Source: Nitrosopumilus sp.
GTDB taxonomy: Archaea > Thermoproteota > Nitrososphaeria > Nitrososphaerales > Nitrosopumilaceae
Direction of reading: 5' to 3'
DNA length: 64,000 bases
Assembly: GCA_965207445.1 (NCBI GenBank)
Contig: CBDBLX010000002.1
Location: forward strand, 1,399,849 to 1,463,848
Shown here in pieces: positions 41,571 to 53,487 of the stretch. A program made the translations under genes and the position numbers. The notes beneath the pieces were generated by a model. The model was not told where the DNA came from. It searched no databases and saw only the letters and a program-made list of their open reading frames with translations. The first letter of the stretch is position 1. Each line of letters opens with the position of its first letter.

Positions 41571-42960
41571 CAATAGTTCGCAATGTGTTTTATATGATTT
41601 TATTTGAATAATCTACAATGTCGTTAAACGTTGATGATTATACTTGATCAGATCAAATAGAAAGTATAATATATGGGAATATTTTAGTACCTTTTATTGA
41701 CTATGAAAAATTAGATACTAGAACATCAATATGAATTAGGACAAGTAAATTATAAAGTTTTACGAAAACGATTTGACGATCTCAGACTAGACATATCAAC
41801 CAGATATAACAGCAAGTATTGCGTGGATGATTATCTTGGTACACTTGCCACCATGGCACTTGACAACATGTGTGTAAATGCAGCAACACACAAAAGAAAA
41901 CGCAATGAGGTTAACTATTTTAGAAAAAGCGAGCGCATAAACATACCATCTGAAAATACTATGCTCAAATGCCTAAAAAGTGCAGATCTAGAGAAAGTAA
42001 AACAATGGAGTGACGAGAACGTCAAAACAATGCTCAAGAATGCCAAAAAACACAACATACTCAAAAAAGGCAAGCACTATTGCAATTGATATGACCGGAT
42101 GGGAATATTATGGCAAGGCACTCAAACCTGAGATGCTAAAAACAAAGCCCAAAAATGGTACTGCGAGATTTCATTCATTTATGACAGCACAAATGGTAAA
42201 TCAAGCCAAGGTAACATACCTTTGTTTGCACATCGTGTGACCAATAAGGATAAAATGGTCACAGTCATGTGTAAAATCATCGAAAAATTAATTCGAGAGG
42301 ATGCACGTCCGGAACTTGGCCTCTTTGATCGGGGTTTTTACAATGTTGCATGTATAGATGAACTTTTGCGCTTGCGCCTGTCTTTCATAATGCCGGCAAT
42401 TAAAAATGAGCGCATATAAAAATACATTTTAAAAGTTCACAGCAAAAAGAGAAAAACTGCATCAGTCATTGAGATGCATGATAAAAACAAAAAAGTAGCA
42501 AGTTTACATTACTTGTCATCAAAAAAAATAATGCCAAAGAAACTGATAAAACAGTCGATCAGTATGTAGCATTTGCCACAAATATGAAAATCACTAGCAA
42601 AAGCAAACTCATCAAAACCATCCGAGACCTGTGCAAGCGCTAGATAATAAAGACTGGATATATGGTGATAAAAAACACCACTCCAAAGACAACTAGCAAC
42701 GCCTTGCAGCTTTGATTACTGTTGATATTTTTTGGAATGTTATTATATGGTTTATGAGTAATGGCAAGGTACGAAAATTACTACGGACTTGTAGATGAAA
42801 AATTATTCACAATGGATGCGTTTGTAGATTCAATTGCCGAATCAATCAGAAGACTGCTTCGGTGGGAATTAGAGCACGATGATTCCTTGTCATTGTAAAT
42901 CTGCCGCAATGCATAATCAAAAATAAGATCATTAAAAATTGAGCACATTGTAAACTACGG
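41571..42960 (+). mobile_element. Decayed ISH3/IS4-type element
   Basis: Fragments IAIDMTGWEYYG, LFDRGFY, FIMPAIKN; 17-bp imperfect TIRs CAATAGTTCGCAATGTG / CACATTGTAAACTACGG; ACAT flanks both sides. Confidence 0.8.
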
Positions 42961-43345
42961 ACATGTGAAATACATCCACCAATAATGGCAAACACCAAGC
43001 AATCTACTGAAGACAGTATACGTCCGTAACTGTCAAAGTATGATTGCAAAGAATTCTACGTTTTCATGAGGGCTCTACGTTGCCGCATGACATGTCACAA
43101 TACGACCAAATAACAAAAATTTGCCCATCTATATGGCCAACTTACCTGTGCATCATCTAGTCTCAACACCTAAAGTTTGACATCATATCAATTGCTAAAA
43201 TTTACATGACTCATAATTTGGATTATCATACACATCATATTACATCTAGATATAATCAATTCTGGATTATCCTCTGTGATAACATTAATTGACCCGTGCA
43301 GGCGTGCCTATTTATGATCATTAATAATTAGACCTGAACGGTTAC
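42961..43345 (+). repeat. Second copy of the IS66 right end (direct repeat of ~40727-41102)
   Basis: Near-identical over ~380 bp; ends in an intact TIR TGAACGGTTAC. Confidence 0.85.
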
Positions 43346-43392
43346 GCTGCATTGATAAGTAAAATTATAATACACATAGGATTATTTTACCC

Positions 43393-43581
43393 ATGGCAAG
43401 AACACCGAGCAACTTGACAAAGGTGTCGGGGTCCAAGCCCGAAACCACGTCAGTCAGAACGACCACACCAGTCCACATAGCGTCCAAACTAGGAGTGGAT
43501 GTGGATGATACACTAGAGTGGGACATAGACAAGATAGATGGTAGGTGGATCGCCGTGTTCAGTAATGGAGAATCTATGTAA
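43393..43581 (+). CDS. AbrB/MazE-like small regulator coupled to the methylase
   Basis: SVRTTTPVHIASKLGVDVDDTLEWDI; TAATG overlap with the next gene. Confidence 0.7.
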   Translation: MARTPSNLTKVSGSKPETTSVRTTTPVHIASKLGVDVDDTLEWDIDKIDGRWIAVFSNGESM

Positions 43582-44477
43582 TGACAGATTCAGTTAAAAC
43601 TGACACTTTTCCACACAAATCAACTATGCTCCAGTACGTGCAGGTGCCAAAGGTGCCACCGATCAAGATACAAGGGATCAAAAGAAAACTCGTGCCCTTT
43701 ATAATGAACAACATCAACTGGACGGACAAAGGCAGGTGGATCGAGCCGTTTTTGGGTTCGGGGATCGTCATGTTCAACGCATCCCCACAGACGGCCGCGG
43801 CCTCCGACCACAACCCGCACATCATAGAGATGTACACAGGAATACAAAACGGACAGATAACCCCCGCCTCCGTCAGGGACTTTCTGGTCAGGGAGGGCGG
43901 CAGGCTGAGCGAATACGGCGAGCAGTACTATTACGAGGTCCGGGACAGATTCAACTCAGTCCAAGACCCGCTTGATTTTCTCTTTCTGAACAGGTCGTGC
44001 TTCAACGGATTGATACGGTTCAACTCAAAGGGAAGGTTCAACACCCCGTTCTGCCGTAAGCCCAACAGATTCAGCAAAGCATACGTCACCAAGATAGTCA
44101 ACCAGGTCAGGTGGCTGGACGACCTGCTTGCAAACGGCGGCAAACAATGGACTTTTGAGGCGCTGGACTGGAAGGACGCCCTGACGGATATAAAAGACGA
44201 CGATTTTCTGTATCTTGATCCCCCGTACGCAGGACGGCACACAAACTACTACGACGTGTGGGATGAGTCCGACCTGAGCGACCTTGCAAATTTTCTGAAA
44301 TCCGGCAATGTAAAGTTCGCCCTTTCAATATGGTATGAGAACAAGTACAGGCGTAACGACGACGTTGAAAAGTATTTTTCAGGATTTACCATAAGAAAGC
44401 ACGAGCACTTTTATCATCTCGGCTCCACTGAGAGCCTCAGAAACAGTATGACTGAAGCATTGATAATGCGGTTATAG
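43581..44477 (+). CDS. Dam/D12-class DNA adenine methyltransferase, M.EcoRV-like
   Basis: PPIKIQGIKRKL, WIEPFLGSG, NRSCFNGLIRFN, YLDPPY, HFYHLGSTESLRNSMTEALI. Confidence 0.92.
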   Translation: MTDSVKTDTFPHKSTMLQYVQVPKVPPIKIQGIKRKLVPFIMNNINWTDKGRWIEPFLGSGIVMFNASPQTAAASDHNPHIIEMYTGIQNGQITPASVRDFLVREGGRLSEYGEQYYYEVRDRFNSVQDPLDFLFLNRSCFNGLIRFNSKGRFNTPFCRKPNRFSKAYVTKIVNQVRWLDDLLANGGKQWTFEALDWKDALTDIKDDDFLYLDPPYAGRHTNYYDVWDESDLSDLANFLKSGNVKFALSIWYENKYRRNDDVEKYFSGFTIRKHEHFYHLGSTESLRNSMTEALIMRL

Positions 44478-44735
44478 TCCACGTCCGCGCCTCAGATGCT
44501 TCAACGAATAATCCCTCCAGAACGTCTCAAATTCCGCATTACTGGCAAACTCACTGTCCCGGTTCATCAACCTTTTCAGTGAATTGATTCCACCTGTGTT
44601 TGCCGTATCTCCCGAACCCGAAACCCTCCCCGCGAACTGCCACTTTTGGCCCACGCACACGGCCTTGATGTCCACAATTTCCTCAGTGGGCCTGTCCGGG
44701 TACCATTCATAGATCACCGCAATCATCCTCATCAT
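44472..44735 (-). pseudogene. C-terminal remnant of an EcoRV-like restriction endonuclease
   Basis: KWQFAGRVSGSGDTANTGGI..F.SNAEFETFWRDY parallels the R.EcoRV C-terminus; catalytic N-half missing; convergent with the methylase. Confidence 0.7.
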
Positions 44736-44821
44736 AACTGCCAATGTAATTAACAAAATTGACGAGTCAAGTAATAAAAAAATAATAATAAAATAAAAAA
44801 AAAATAAAAAGAAATGCACGT

Positions 44822-45271
44822 CTAGTTTAACTTAAAGTTAAAGATCGACATCCAAGACTTTATTATATCACGGTTTAAATTTGCAAAAGACTTTACATTG
44901 TCATTAAAGGTCTTTATGTTCTGCTGAGCCGCATCAATATTCATCAGTACGATCTGATTATTAATTGATGATGCTTTTGCCATGTCATCTGCAGTATCCT
45001 GTATTGCACGTACAGTAGTATCAGATACATTTGTAGGAATACCTGAATTTCGTGTAGTGTCTTTTTGGAACTCTAATACAGAATTTGTAACACTTTCAGA
45101 TGCTTGCAGGTACTCTTGCTGTATGTTAGTTATTGCCTGATGATACTGTGGTACAGACTGTCTGACATTGTTGAAGAACTTTTCTGTATTTTGCTTGTAT
45201 AGTGAAAATGCGTCTTTTGATTGTGACAATGTACTCTTTGGTTGGTTGTTTGAATTATTACCAGTTGTCAT
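44822..45271 (-). CDS. Phasin (PhaP)-like amphipathic helical protein
   Basis: Q/N-rich helical 149 aa directly after the PhaR-like gene; SD GGAGGTGA. Confidence 0.5.
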   Translation of the reverse strand: MTTGNNSNNQPKSTLSQSKDAFSLYKQNTEKFFNNVRQSVPQYHQAITNIQQEYLQASESVTNSVLEFQKDTTRNSGIPTNVSDTTVRAIQDTADDMAKASSINNQIVLMNIDAAQQNIKTFNDNVKSFANLNRDIIKSWMSIFNFKLN

Positions 45272-45709
45272 TTACTCTTTCACCTCCTTTTTCTTCCGAT
45301 TTGGAATAGGCAGTACTATCACCTGTACAAGGTCACCCTCCCCAATACCAAGTGCATTGCGCTCAGCTTCAGGTATTGATATGCGTCCATTACTTCCAAT
45401 GGTAGTTTTGTATGCGCCCCAATTTGCAACAAATGGTATCATAGTGTTTTGACCCATTCCGATCAAAGCATCCATGCCACGACTCTGCATAGAAGAGACA
45501 TTCTCCATCAGTTTAGACTGGGCGTTTTGTGCATTTTCTGTAATGGTGCGCAGTGTTCCAAGTGGGTTAAAGGCGTCAGGTTTCTGATCACCTGTAGAGG
45601 CCATCAATGTGCCAAAGTTCTTTACAAACTCTGCTTGTGCCTGACCACTCTTTTGTATCCAATCCTGAAACATCCGTGTAGGATCATACTGGTTTCTATT
45701 ACCACTCAT
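45272..45709 (-). CDS. AbrB-domain regulator, haloarchaeal PhaR-like
   Basis: C-terminal YKTTIGSNGRISIPEAERNALGIGEGDLVQVIVLP; Q-rich N-terminus. Confidence 0.7.
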   Translation of the reverse strand: MSGNRNQYDPTRMFQDWIQKSGQAQAEFVKNFGTLMASTGDQKPDAFNPLGTLRTITENAQNAQSKLMENVSSMQSRGMDALIGMGQNTMIPFVANWGAYKTTIGSNGRISIPEAERNALGIGEGDLVQVIVLPIPNRKKKEVKE

Positions 45710-45914
45710 AGGTTATAAAAGGAAACAGTTGTATATATACCAACCGAAAATTATAGACAAGGGGGTATACTTCAAGGCCAGCGCCATGAGGTATATACGA
45801 AGAGTGTGTAAAGGAGGCGTGTAAGCAGGCCGGCAAGCCGGTGGACACGTTTGGATACGGCTTCATGGGTGGCATCGGAGAGCTTCTAGAAAGGATCAAG
45901 AGGGCCCGCGAATC

Positions 45915-46637
45915 ATGACGGCCGCCTCTGAGATGTGCGCCGCAGTTCACCGGGCGCTTGAATGCCTCCCGCTGACAAGGTGGTACCCGTTTGACATTGA
46001 CGGCATGCCGGATGCCGGGGTGTACTTTTTCTACGAGGACGGTGAGTCGTGGGGACACGGCGACGGAGGAAAGAAGCCCAGGATAGTCAGAGTCAGAACG
46101 CACAGGAAAAACAACTTCCGCTCCAGAATGCGCGACCATTACATTCCGGATTCGAAAAGTATGAACCTTGACGCGCGCAAGTCGCCGCCCCATGACAGGA
46201 GCATATTTCGAAAAAATCTCGGTAGGGCCATACTGAACAAAGAGTGCAACCCCTACCTTGAAGTATTGAATATTGACTTTACCACCAGAGAGGCGCAGAT
46301 GAAGAAATCACACCTCCGGAACGTGGAAGAAGATGCCAAGGGTCAAGGGAGAGGCTACCCAGCTTTTGAGGGAAAGATTCTCGCTCCGGTTCGTCATGCT
46401 GGATGGAGAGAAGAAGAGGAGGATGGACATCGAGTCTAAGATAATCGGGACGACGGGTGCCCCTGCTGCAAGAGCTCCGCAGGCTGACTAGGCCTGCACT
46501 CACCCGTGGACAAGATCATGGAGGGCTACATGTGGGTTACGCAGCACTTGGAATCAGACGGACTTGGCGCGGCCGACATGTCCGTGCTCTCCGAGGCCGT
46601 GAATAGGACGGCAGAGTGGATGAAGAGGTCGGCGTAG
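45915..46637 (+). pseudogene. GIY-YIG-like nuclease gene, frameshifted, in a GC-rich patch
   Basis: GVYFFYE..PRIVRVRTH..FRSRMRDHY..RSIFRKNLGRAIL; continuation broken after ~46330. Confidence 0.5.
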
Positions 46638-47047
46638 CGCGTCCCGAACGCGACTGTATTTGATGTTGTCGTCACCCCGAACATCGGCCGCTACTCGAGC
46701 TCAAGCCGCATCCCAAAGTCAGCACTTGCCAAGCTTGGGAATTTGGACCACATCCACTTTACCATATCAGTCGACAGCATCAGACACGGGCCGATTGAAT
46801 GTGCGGCATCCTGCTGCATGGTCAAAACGGGCTGAAAAACCTGCCAACTGCGTCTGCAACAGCACCCGCCTCTCAAACTCTTAAATTGTAGGCAGACATA
46901 AGAGACACATGAACCATGCAAAGAACAGTATAGACGCCCCAGATCAGCCTAGCAAGGCCTTGGATGATTCGAGGGCGCTGACAGGTAGCCAAGACGCGCC
47001 TATCATCGACGATCCCCGTATCACCCAGTCCAAGGGACGTTCCAACG

Positions 47048-47758
47048 CTAGCTAGGCGATTTGAACCCAAACTTTTCTTCCAAATGGGTCATCATGAGCG
47101 GAATTTCATCCAGTAACCGCCTTTCGTATTTGTCTAAGAGTACATAATATTGCATCGTGGCTCTCGAAATCTTTCCATCTCTGCCCCTATTTTCTATGGT
47201 CAGCCTCAGATAATGATTGTGGTTTTTAATCATGTTGAATATGTCTCGTGTCTTCTGGTGTAACTCAGAATCGAGAAATTTTATTCCGCCCGAAAAGAAG
47301 GCTGTCGTATATGTCGTGGTTAAGAAATCTGTTTGTAAATGTAAGGGTTTTGCCGTTGAATTCCACATCAAACAGCTTTTGGGAATGTGTCGCCTTTTAT
47401 GGCGGACAAAGTATCGAATAGTTCTCCGTACAGATTTTTTGACGTGCGCTCCCTTTCTAGCACTTTTGTCATCTTCCTTTCCTTTTCCATGGTTTCGGCC
47501 ATCATCTTCCTTTCCCGTTCCCTTTTCCATCTCCCTCTCATTTTCCCTTTTATTTTGTTTTACAAAATAGGCAATGGGTACGCCAACCAGTGAGAGAATG
47601 GTCACTATGGACGCCCACTTGCCCAGGATCTCACCTTGCCACATGTACGGCCAAAAGAAAACCGAGACAAGTACAACGAAAGACACCACAATGATCGCGC
47701 ATATCCATCGATTCGCGCTGTTGTGGTTTTTCACAATTTGGTATGCAGGTGATACCAT
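47048..47758 (-). CDS. Hypothetical membrane protein, possibly decayed
   Basis: Two N-terminal TM helices followed by a helical domain. Confidence 0.45.
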   Translation of the reverse strand: MVSPAYQIVKNHNSANRWICAIIVVSFVVLVSVFFWPYMWQGEILGKWASIVTILSLVGVPIAYFVKQNKRENEREMEKGTGKEDDGRNHGKGKEDDKSARKGAHVKKSVRRTIRYFVRHKRRHIPKSCLMWNSTAKPLHLQTDFLTTTYTTAFFSGGIKFLDSELHQKTRDIFNMIKNHNHYLRLTIENRGRDGKISRATMQYYVLLDKYERRLLDEIPLMMTHLEEKFGFKSPS

Positions 47759-48175
47759 TTTACGGTTGTAAATAGATCCGAAATATGTATGAACAAAAGC
47801 AAACTCGAGTCTAGTTATGTGTAATAATTAAAACAGTGATCTGAGAGTTTTTAATTTTTTATGTCCATTTATTGCCCTTGATTCATCAATATTTGTCAGT
47901 AGAATTTTTGATTCTTTATTTGAAACATTATATGCATCATAGAGAGAGCCCCGACACCACATTTTTTGACATTTTACTTTTCAAAGAATATGATAAATCC
48001 GAATTGCTGAGAATTCATATGTAAAGATGTCTGTTAAAAATTATCGCATGTAATTTTTTTCGTTGTGTCAGAATTTATGAACGCCGCTATACAAAATGTC
48101 AATGTATGGTCCCAATTATACTTGATGATTTAATCTATACATATAAATGATGAAATTTTTCTGATGGTATACAAG

Positions 48176-48967
48176 TCATGATGAGATGAAATCAACCACA
48201 CGTTTGACAAAGATTTCAGGTTTTTGGTAATATGGGGCATGACCACATCCATCCATACTAAAGAGAGTGCTATTTCGGATAGCAGAAGTAAAGTATCCGG
48301 CATATCGTATTGGAATTACGGGATCGTCAGAACCCCATACCAACAACGTAGGATGATCAATGGAGTGTAGTATAGAGTCTGTTAAATATGAATTTTTAAG
48401 ATTTAATGTTGTTGATAAAAATGACATTTTTGCATTCGGTAATTTCATGCGTTTGATAAAACTATTAATTGTATATTCATCAGGTTTTTCATCTGATCCA
48501 TCCATCGCCTGAAATGCAATAGATGTAGTTTGAACAGTCGGATACATGGCAGCCATCACATATGAATCAAGTGCAGGTGTGGATGATTTCATAACACCTG
48601 CAGGTGAGGCAAGTATTAGTTTGGATATGGTTGCAGGGTGGGAAAAAGTATACTCTGTAGCAATCTGTCCACCAAGTGATGCACCTACAAGAAATATGCG
48701 TTGATGACATATGGTACGTATAAATTGTTCTAAAAATGTGGTAAAGAGTTCAATGGTGTAATCAACGGATGGTTTGTCACTATACCCAAATCCGATCAAG
48801 TCAGGTATAACAACTCGAAAGTGTTTTTCAAATAGTGGTCCTGCTTTTGACCACCGCTCAGCTGACCCACCAAGTCCATGAAGTAGTACAATTGTACCAT
48901 TTTTAGGGTCACCGCCCTCTAGGTAACGTATACGATTCCCATTCATGTGTATAAAGTGCGTCTCCAT
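48176..48967 (-). CDS. Alpha/beta fold hydrolase
   Basis: LLHGLGG, PDLIGFGYS, GASLGG nucleophile elbow, WGSDD, GCGH. Confidence 0.93.
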   Translation of the reverse strand: METHFIHMNGNRIRYLEGGDPKNGTIVLLHGLGGSAERWSKAGPLFEKHFRVVIPDLIGFGYSDKPSVDYTIELFTTFLEQFIRTICHQRIFLVGASLGGQIATEYTFSHPATISKLILASPAGVMKSSTPALDSYVMAAMYPTVQTTSIAFQAMDGSDEKPDEYTINSFIKRMKLPNAKMSFLSTTLNLKNSYLTDSILHSIDHPTLLVWGSDDPVIPIRYAGYFTSAIRNSTLFSMDGCGHAPYYQKPEIFVKRVVDFISS

Positions 48968-49371
48968 CTTTTGAGCATTGACATATAGTATTGATAAGTT
49001 TTATGAGCATGTCAAGTGGTAGATGGTTAGTGTGATTGTTAGATATGTTTGATCACATCATATTTTGCTACAGTTGCTCAACTCTCACAACAATTGTAAA
49101 AAGAATTTTGTAATGTGTGGTTGATTCATTTTGTGCCTAATCTTAATGAATCATGTAATGCTCATTTTTTATAATTACCATACGCAGATATCACCCAACT
49201 ATCAAACAATGCCAAGACGTTATGAATAATTTTACCACAATATCATTATAATGTCACCGCCGCACCATTATCATTAAACCGATTGTCACACTCAAGCATC
49301 GTCGTATCTTTTCATCTTTTTGATTATATTGCAAAAAAAAAATAGAGTGAAATAGTCACACATTATACGCA

Positions 49372-49833
49372 TTACATTATTTTATGCTTGTCAAAATACT
49401 TTTGATGGTACTCTTCTGCACGATAAAAGTTTTCAGCAGGTATTATGCCAGTTACTATTGGTCTATCTCCATATCTTCTAGACTGTGCAATTGTATTCTT
49501 TGATTTTTCAGCTGCATCTTTTTGTTCTTGTGTGTGGTAAAACACAGCAGATCTGTACTGGGTACCAACATCAGGACCTTGTCTATTCAAAGTAGTTGGA
49601 TCATGATTGTTCCAAAATATATTTAAAAGATCATCATATGATACAACCTGAGGATCATACTCTACCTCCACTGCTTCAGCATGTCCCGTTTTATCAGTAC
49701 AGACATCCTCATATGTTGGGTTTTGAGTATTCCCCCCAGTGTATCCAACTGCAGTAGATTTCACACCAGTAGTATTTGCAAAGATATGCTCAACGTGCCA
49801 AAAGCAACCCGCACCAAATGTGGCTTTTTCCAT
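49372..49833 (-). CDS. msrA: Peptide-methionine (S)-S-oxide reductase
   Basis: [30 protein letters not shown]. Confidence 0.98.
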   Translation of the reverse strand: MEKATFGAGCFWHVEHIFANTTGVKSTAVGYTGGNTQNPTYEDVCTDKTGHAEAVEVEYDPQVVSYDDLLNIFWNNHDPTTLNRQGPDVGTQYRSAVFYHTQEQKDAAEKSKNTIAQSRRYGDRPIVTGIIPAENFYRAEEYHQKYFDKHKIM

Positions 49834-50391
49834 GTTTGGTGTATTTATAGCACCATTAAAAATATAACCATAAGAGCCAAGTGATACTTTACGTTAATTG
49901 CAGATAGTCAAAAAATATAGACTTTCTGTAGGGAGATGAATGTGAATTGAGGATATATGTATATTCAATTCTAAAATTGGTCAGTTTCAAGTAGAAAAAT
50001 ACACAAGAGTTAGAACGCAGTGATGCAGGATTAAATGTATACGACATGATACCTCATTAATTGATAAAAATAAGATCAAAGTGTGTACAAAAATATTACT
50101 AATTGTAAATTTAAACCCGCATCAGATATGCACACAAGATATTATTTGTACCAAAAAATTTACCATACTAGTAAGTTCAACTCTATACAGACATCAGACA
50201 TTGCAGTGAATCTGTGCCTAATTTGAGAATGGGTTGTACGCAGATATACCTGTATACCTATCTAGAAGAGGATGATGGTAAAATGCTTGTAAAACAATAA
50301 CCAGTCATTATCTCCAATCATATACAAGGATTAGATTTATGTTAAATTATATCTAACACGTAATGTCTCAAGTAGGCTCAAAAACTCACAA

Positions 50392-50853
50392 TTAATGCAA
50401 AAGACCCCTATTGTGTTCTAATCTATTTGCATGTACATCTTCTGGCTTTGATGATGGTGGGATATGAACATTCTTAAAATAGTCAATTTTTGGCCCATAT
50501 TTTTCTATAATTTCATCTTGTAGCTGTTCTATTTTTTCCATCATATTATATTCTTTGTTTATGCTTGAAGTACATTTCTTTAATGCACGGATAAGTTGTT
50601 TTCTTATATTTATATGATCTTGTATATATAGTTCTTCATCTTTTTTGTATAGTTCTTCATATTTTTTATCTTTTTTTTCTAGTTCTACATATTTTTTGCG
50701 TAGTTCTTCATTTTTTTTGTGTAGTTCTGCACGTTTTTTGCATAGTTCATCATATATACTCAGTTCTTGTCTAAATTGCTGAAGTAGATTTATAAATTCC
50801 ATTTTTAATTCGATATATTCATCATCTACTTTATCGAGTCTTTTTTGTTTCAT
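50392..50853 (-). CDS. K/E-rich coiled-coil hypothetical protein
   Basis: Heptad-like EELxKK repeats. Confidence 0.55.
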   Translation of the reverse strand: MKQKRLDKVDDEYIELKMEFINLLQQFRQELSIYDELCKKRAELHKKNEELRKKYVELEKKDKKYEELYKKDEELYIQDHINIRKQLIRALKKCTSSINKEYNMMEKIEQLQDEIIEKYGPKIDYFKNVHIPPSSKPEDVHANRLEHNRGLLH

Positions 50854-50901
50854 AATGTGGGTAAAATATTTGATTATAAAAATATATTTATTATTTTAAA
50901 T

Positions 50902-50979
50902 GTAACCGTTCAATTTATTCTCAAGTTTAGACACAGATTCATAGCCTAACTTTGTGCAGATGTAAGGCTGAACGGTTAC
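50902..50979. mobile_element. MITE family A (78 bp)
   Basis: TIR GTAACCGTTCA / TGAACGGTTAC; interior similar to 8847-8925. Confidence 0.85.
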
Positions 50980-51075
50980 TATGACGTGCGCTAAATTTGA
51001 CTAGAAGTTATTTTTAAATAAATGTATAAATCAGAGTGTGTAGTTAACACCACGAATCATTGACAATCAACAAGA

Positions 51076-51636
51076 CTATTGATACGTCAGAGTACGTGTT
51101 GCTTTTTTGTACCTGTATATGGCAAGTCCACAAAATCCAAATATTATTGCCAACCCCATGTATGCCAAATACTGACTATACACGATCAATACAGCAGACA
51201 CGCCTGCTCCAAACACACTAGGGAGCAAAGACAATACGTACAACCACCACCCACAACACCCTAAAGGAACCAAAGAAAAGAATGAAAAAAACGACGTCAT
51301 AGCAGTAATGCCAGGAGTAGTAGAGTTTGCAGTACGTTTCTCAGATGCAATCTTGGTGTTATTGTGCACCATACATACAAGTGATTTACTCTTCTCAGAT
51401 ATGTACACTTGCAATCCAACACCAAACCCCATTCCAACAATTACAATATAGTTCATCTCAAAGGCAGCACGTACAGCAACACTTGCCGAAAGGGCAGGCG
51501 TAGTTATAATTACAATTATTAAATATATGATTATAGTTATGATGCCAAATAAAATAGAGCGTACCAGGGGCTTTTTGGCATTAAAGGTAAGCATTACAAA
51601 CATCACCAAGACATTACCACATCTAACATAACACAA
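51076..51636 (-). CDS. Membrane protein with a GCCG motif (start uncertain)
   Basis: About 4 TM helices; VPLGCCGWW. Confidence 0.7.
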   Translation of the reverse strand: MCYVRCGNVLVMFVMLTFNAKKPLVRSILFGIITIIIYLIIVIITTPALSASVAVRAAFEMNYIVIVGMGFGVGLQVYISEKSKSLVCMVHNNTKIASEKRTANSTTPGITAMTSFFSFFSLVPLGCCGWWLYVLSLLPSVFGAGVSAVLIVYSQYLAYMGLAIIFGFCGLAIYRYKKATRTLTYQ

Positions 51637-51738
51637 ATGTAATTATCAATACCATGTTTAAAGTTGTCAGAAATCATTACAAACACCATCACATTTTATT
51701 ATCCATATTTTATCATTCAAATATTACACGACCAATCA

Positions 51739-52962
51739 TCATGGTGGCACATACACCAATGTGTCAGGATAAAACGCCACCCATTCAAACCAAAACCCAG
51801 GATTTAGTGCGATACGTTGCAGTTGCTGTCCTTTCATTGCACCAGATACAGCAACACCATCATAATTCCACTCAGAGTTTGTACTAGTATCTGTAAAAAA
51901 TCCAGGTTTGTCAGATCTTGTAAACTCTAGTGTGGTATTATCATATGTCATCCTCTCAAATCCGCGTGTGTTGTCATCAGAAAAAGATACCAGTAATATT
52001 GGATAAGTGTCATTATTGTTACTATTATTATTATTATTATTAGTAACAACAACATCATCATTAATTAATCCAAACAATTCCACATCAGATTGTAAATACG
52101 CCTTGTGTACATTGTTATGTTTCAACCCCATTATGACCTCTTTTGGATGCATAACATTGTCAGTATTTTCTACTGGAAATATTATGCTCAAATCAGTATA
52201 GTAATTCCCATATGGATCAACATTATATGCACGTATATGTCCAGTATCTGTTGTAAGTATTTTGGTATCTGGATATAGTAGTTTCCAGTCACCCCAGCGG
52301 ATAAGATCAAACGGTACAAGTTCGAGTTGTCTGCCGGCAAGTTCTCCCTTTATGGCACTACCTAATGCCTGACTCCAATAGGTGTTGGTCAGTCGATCAT
52401 ACATAACCAAATTACTATTGTATAGTTTACCTGATGTGCCAAATTCTACTGTCGTCCCATCTAAAACACGACTAAACACTTGACTGGTATAACATAATGG
52501 ACAATACGTGACGGCTACAGGGGCGCCACCTACCACATCATTTACTATTTCATGCCAGACCAATATGGATAATGGATATGCACGAGAGTCATCACCCACA
52601 CGCAGCCCCAACACTACATCAGAGTCAGATATGCCATGAGAGTCATATGCAGTAGTGAATTTTGGATCATCAATTGATGGAATTCCATCAGGAGGTGGTC
52701 CACCCCCAATGATGCGATTTAATGGTACGGTGTGCTTTATTCCATCAGATATCATTATGTTCTCAGATATTGCCACATTATTAGATAATATTACATCATT
52801 AGAATTTATGCTCATGTTAGAATCTGATAGGACAGAGTCATCAATAATGTCAAGATTGGACTCTGTGATAATAGGGTCTAGCGTACCATAATATGCTAAA
52901 AGTACAATTACAATTGCTGTAGAACCTATAACACCTGTCAAAATTTTTGAGTTCAAATTCAA
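51739..52962 (-). CDS. DUF3179 domain protein
   Basis: GGPPPDGIPSIDDP, RAYP..WHEIVND, TYCPLC, GTSGKLYNSNLVMYDR, FWFEWVAFYP. Confidence 0.9.
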   Translation of the reverse strand: MNLNSKILTGVIGSTAIVIVLLAYYGTLDPIITESNLDIIDDSVLSDSNMSINSNDVILSNNVAISENIMISDGIKHTVPLNRIIGGGPPPDGIPSIDDPKFTTAYDSHGISDSDVVLGLRVGDDSRAYPLSILVWHEIVNDVVGGAPVAVTYCPLCYTSQVFSRVLDGTTVEFGTSGKLYNSNLVMYDRLTNTYWSQALGSAIKGELAGRQLELVPFDLIRWGDWKLLYPDTKILTTDTGHIRAYNVDPYGNYYTDLSIIFPVENTDNVMHPKEVIMGLKHNNVHKAYLQSDVELFGLINDDVVVTNNNNNNSNNNDTYPILLVSFSDDNTRGFERMTYDNTTLEFTRSDKPGFFTDTSTNSEWNYDGVAVSGAMKGQQLQRIALNPGFWFEWVAFYPDTLVYVPP

Positions 52963-53057
52963 AAAAAGTTGCCATTATAAAATATTAAAGATTTATTCCA
53001 ATTCGTGTTTTTGTGTTGTTTGTCATGGGGTGTGATAGTGATGTTCATGCAAATAAA

Positions 53058-53459
53058 TCATGTTGATGTTTTGAATAATTCTACGACCTTTTTTGCCAAC
53101 TTTTCAATATTTGCAGTAGGTTCAGCAGATATTAAAAGTAGCACACGTGTTATCGGAAATGGAAAACTGATCAACACTGCCTTGTCACGTCTAGCTGCAA
53201 GATAGTTTATTGGCCCCAGACTATCATCATACTCTTTTCGAATAGATGCCTTTGAGACAAACTCCAAAAATGCCTGTAGACGTGTCTCATCGTTTTCATG
53301 AGGTGTGATTCCTTTTTTGAACCCACCTGCAATTAGATTGCCATTGGTATCAATTATACCTGCAAATCGAATCTCATCATGTACAAGTAGTTGATCGCAC
53401 TTTAAAGAGTACAAGTTAAGGGTAGGATCCACACTAGTCACACATATCTTATCATACAT
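53058..53459 (-). CDS. Thaumarchaeal roadblock-like (DUF6659-type) protein
   Basis: IRFAGIID..GNLIAGGFK..RKEYDDSLGPINY..RRDK. Confidence 0.75.
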   Translation of the reverse strand: MYDKICVTSVDPTLNLYSLKCDQLLVHDEIRFAGIIDTNGNLIAGGFKKGITPHENDETRLQAFLEFVSKASIRKEYDDSLGPINYLAARRDKAVLISFPFPITRVLLLISAEPTANIEKLAKKVVELFKTST

Positions 53460-53487
53460 CTACGATAAAAACTTAAAGTATATGGTA

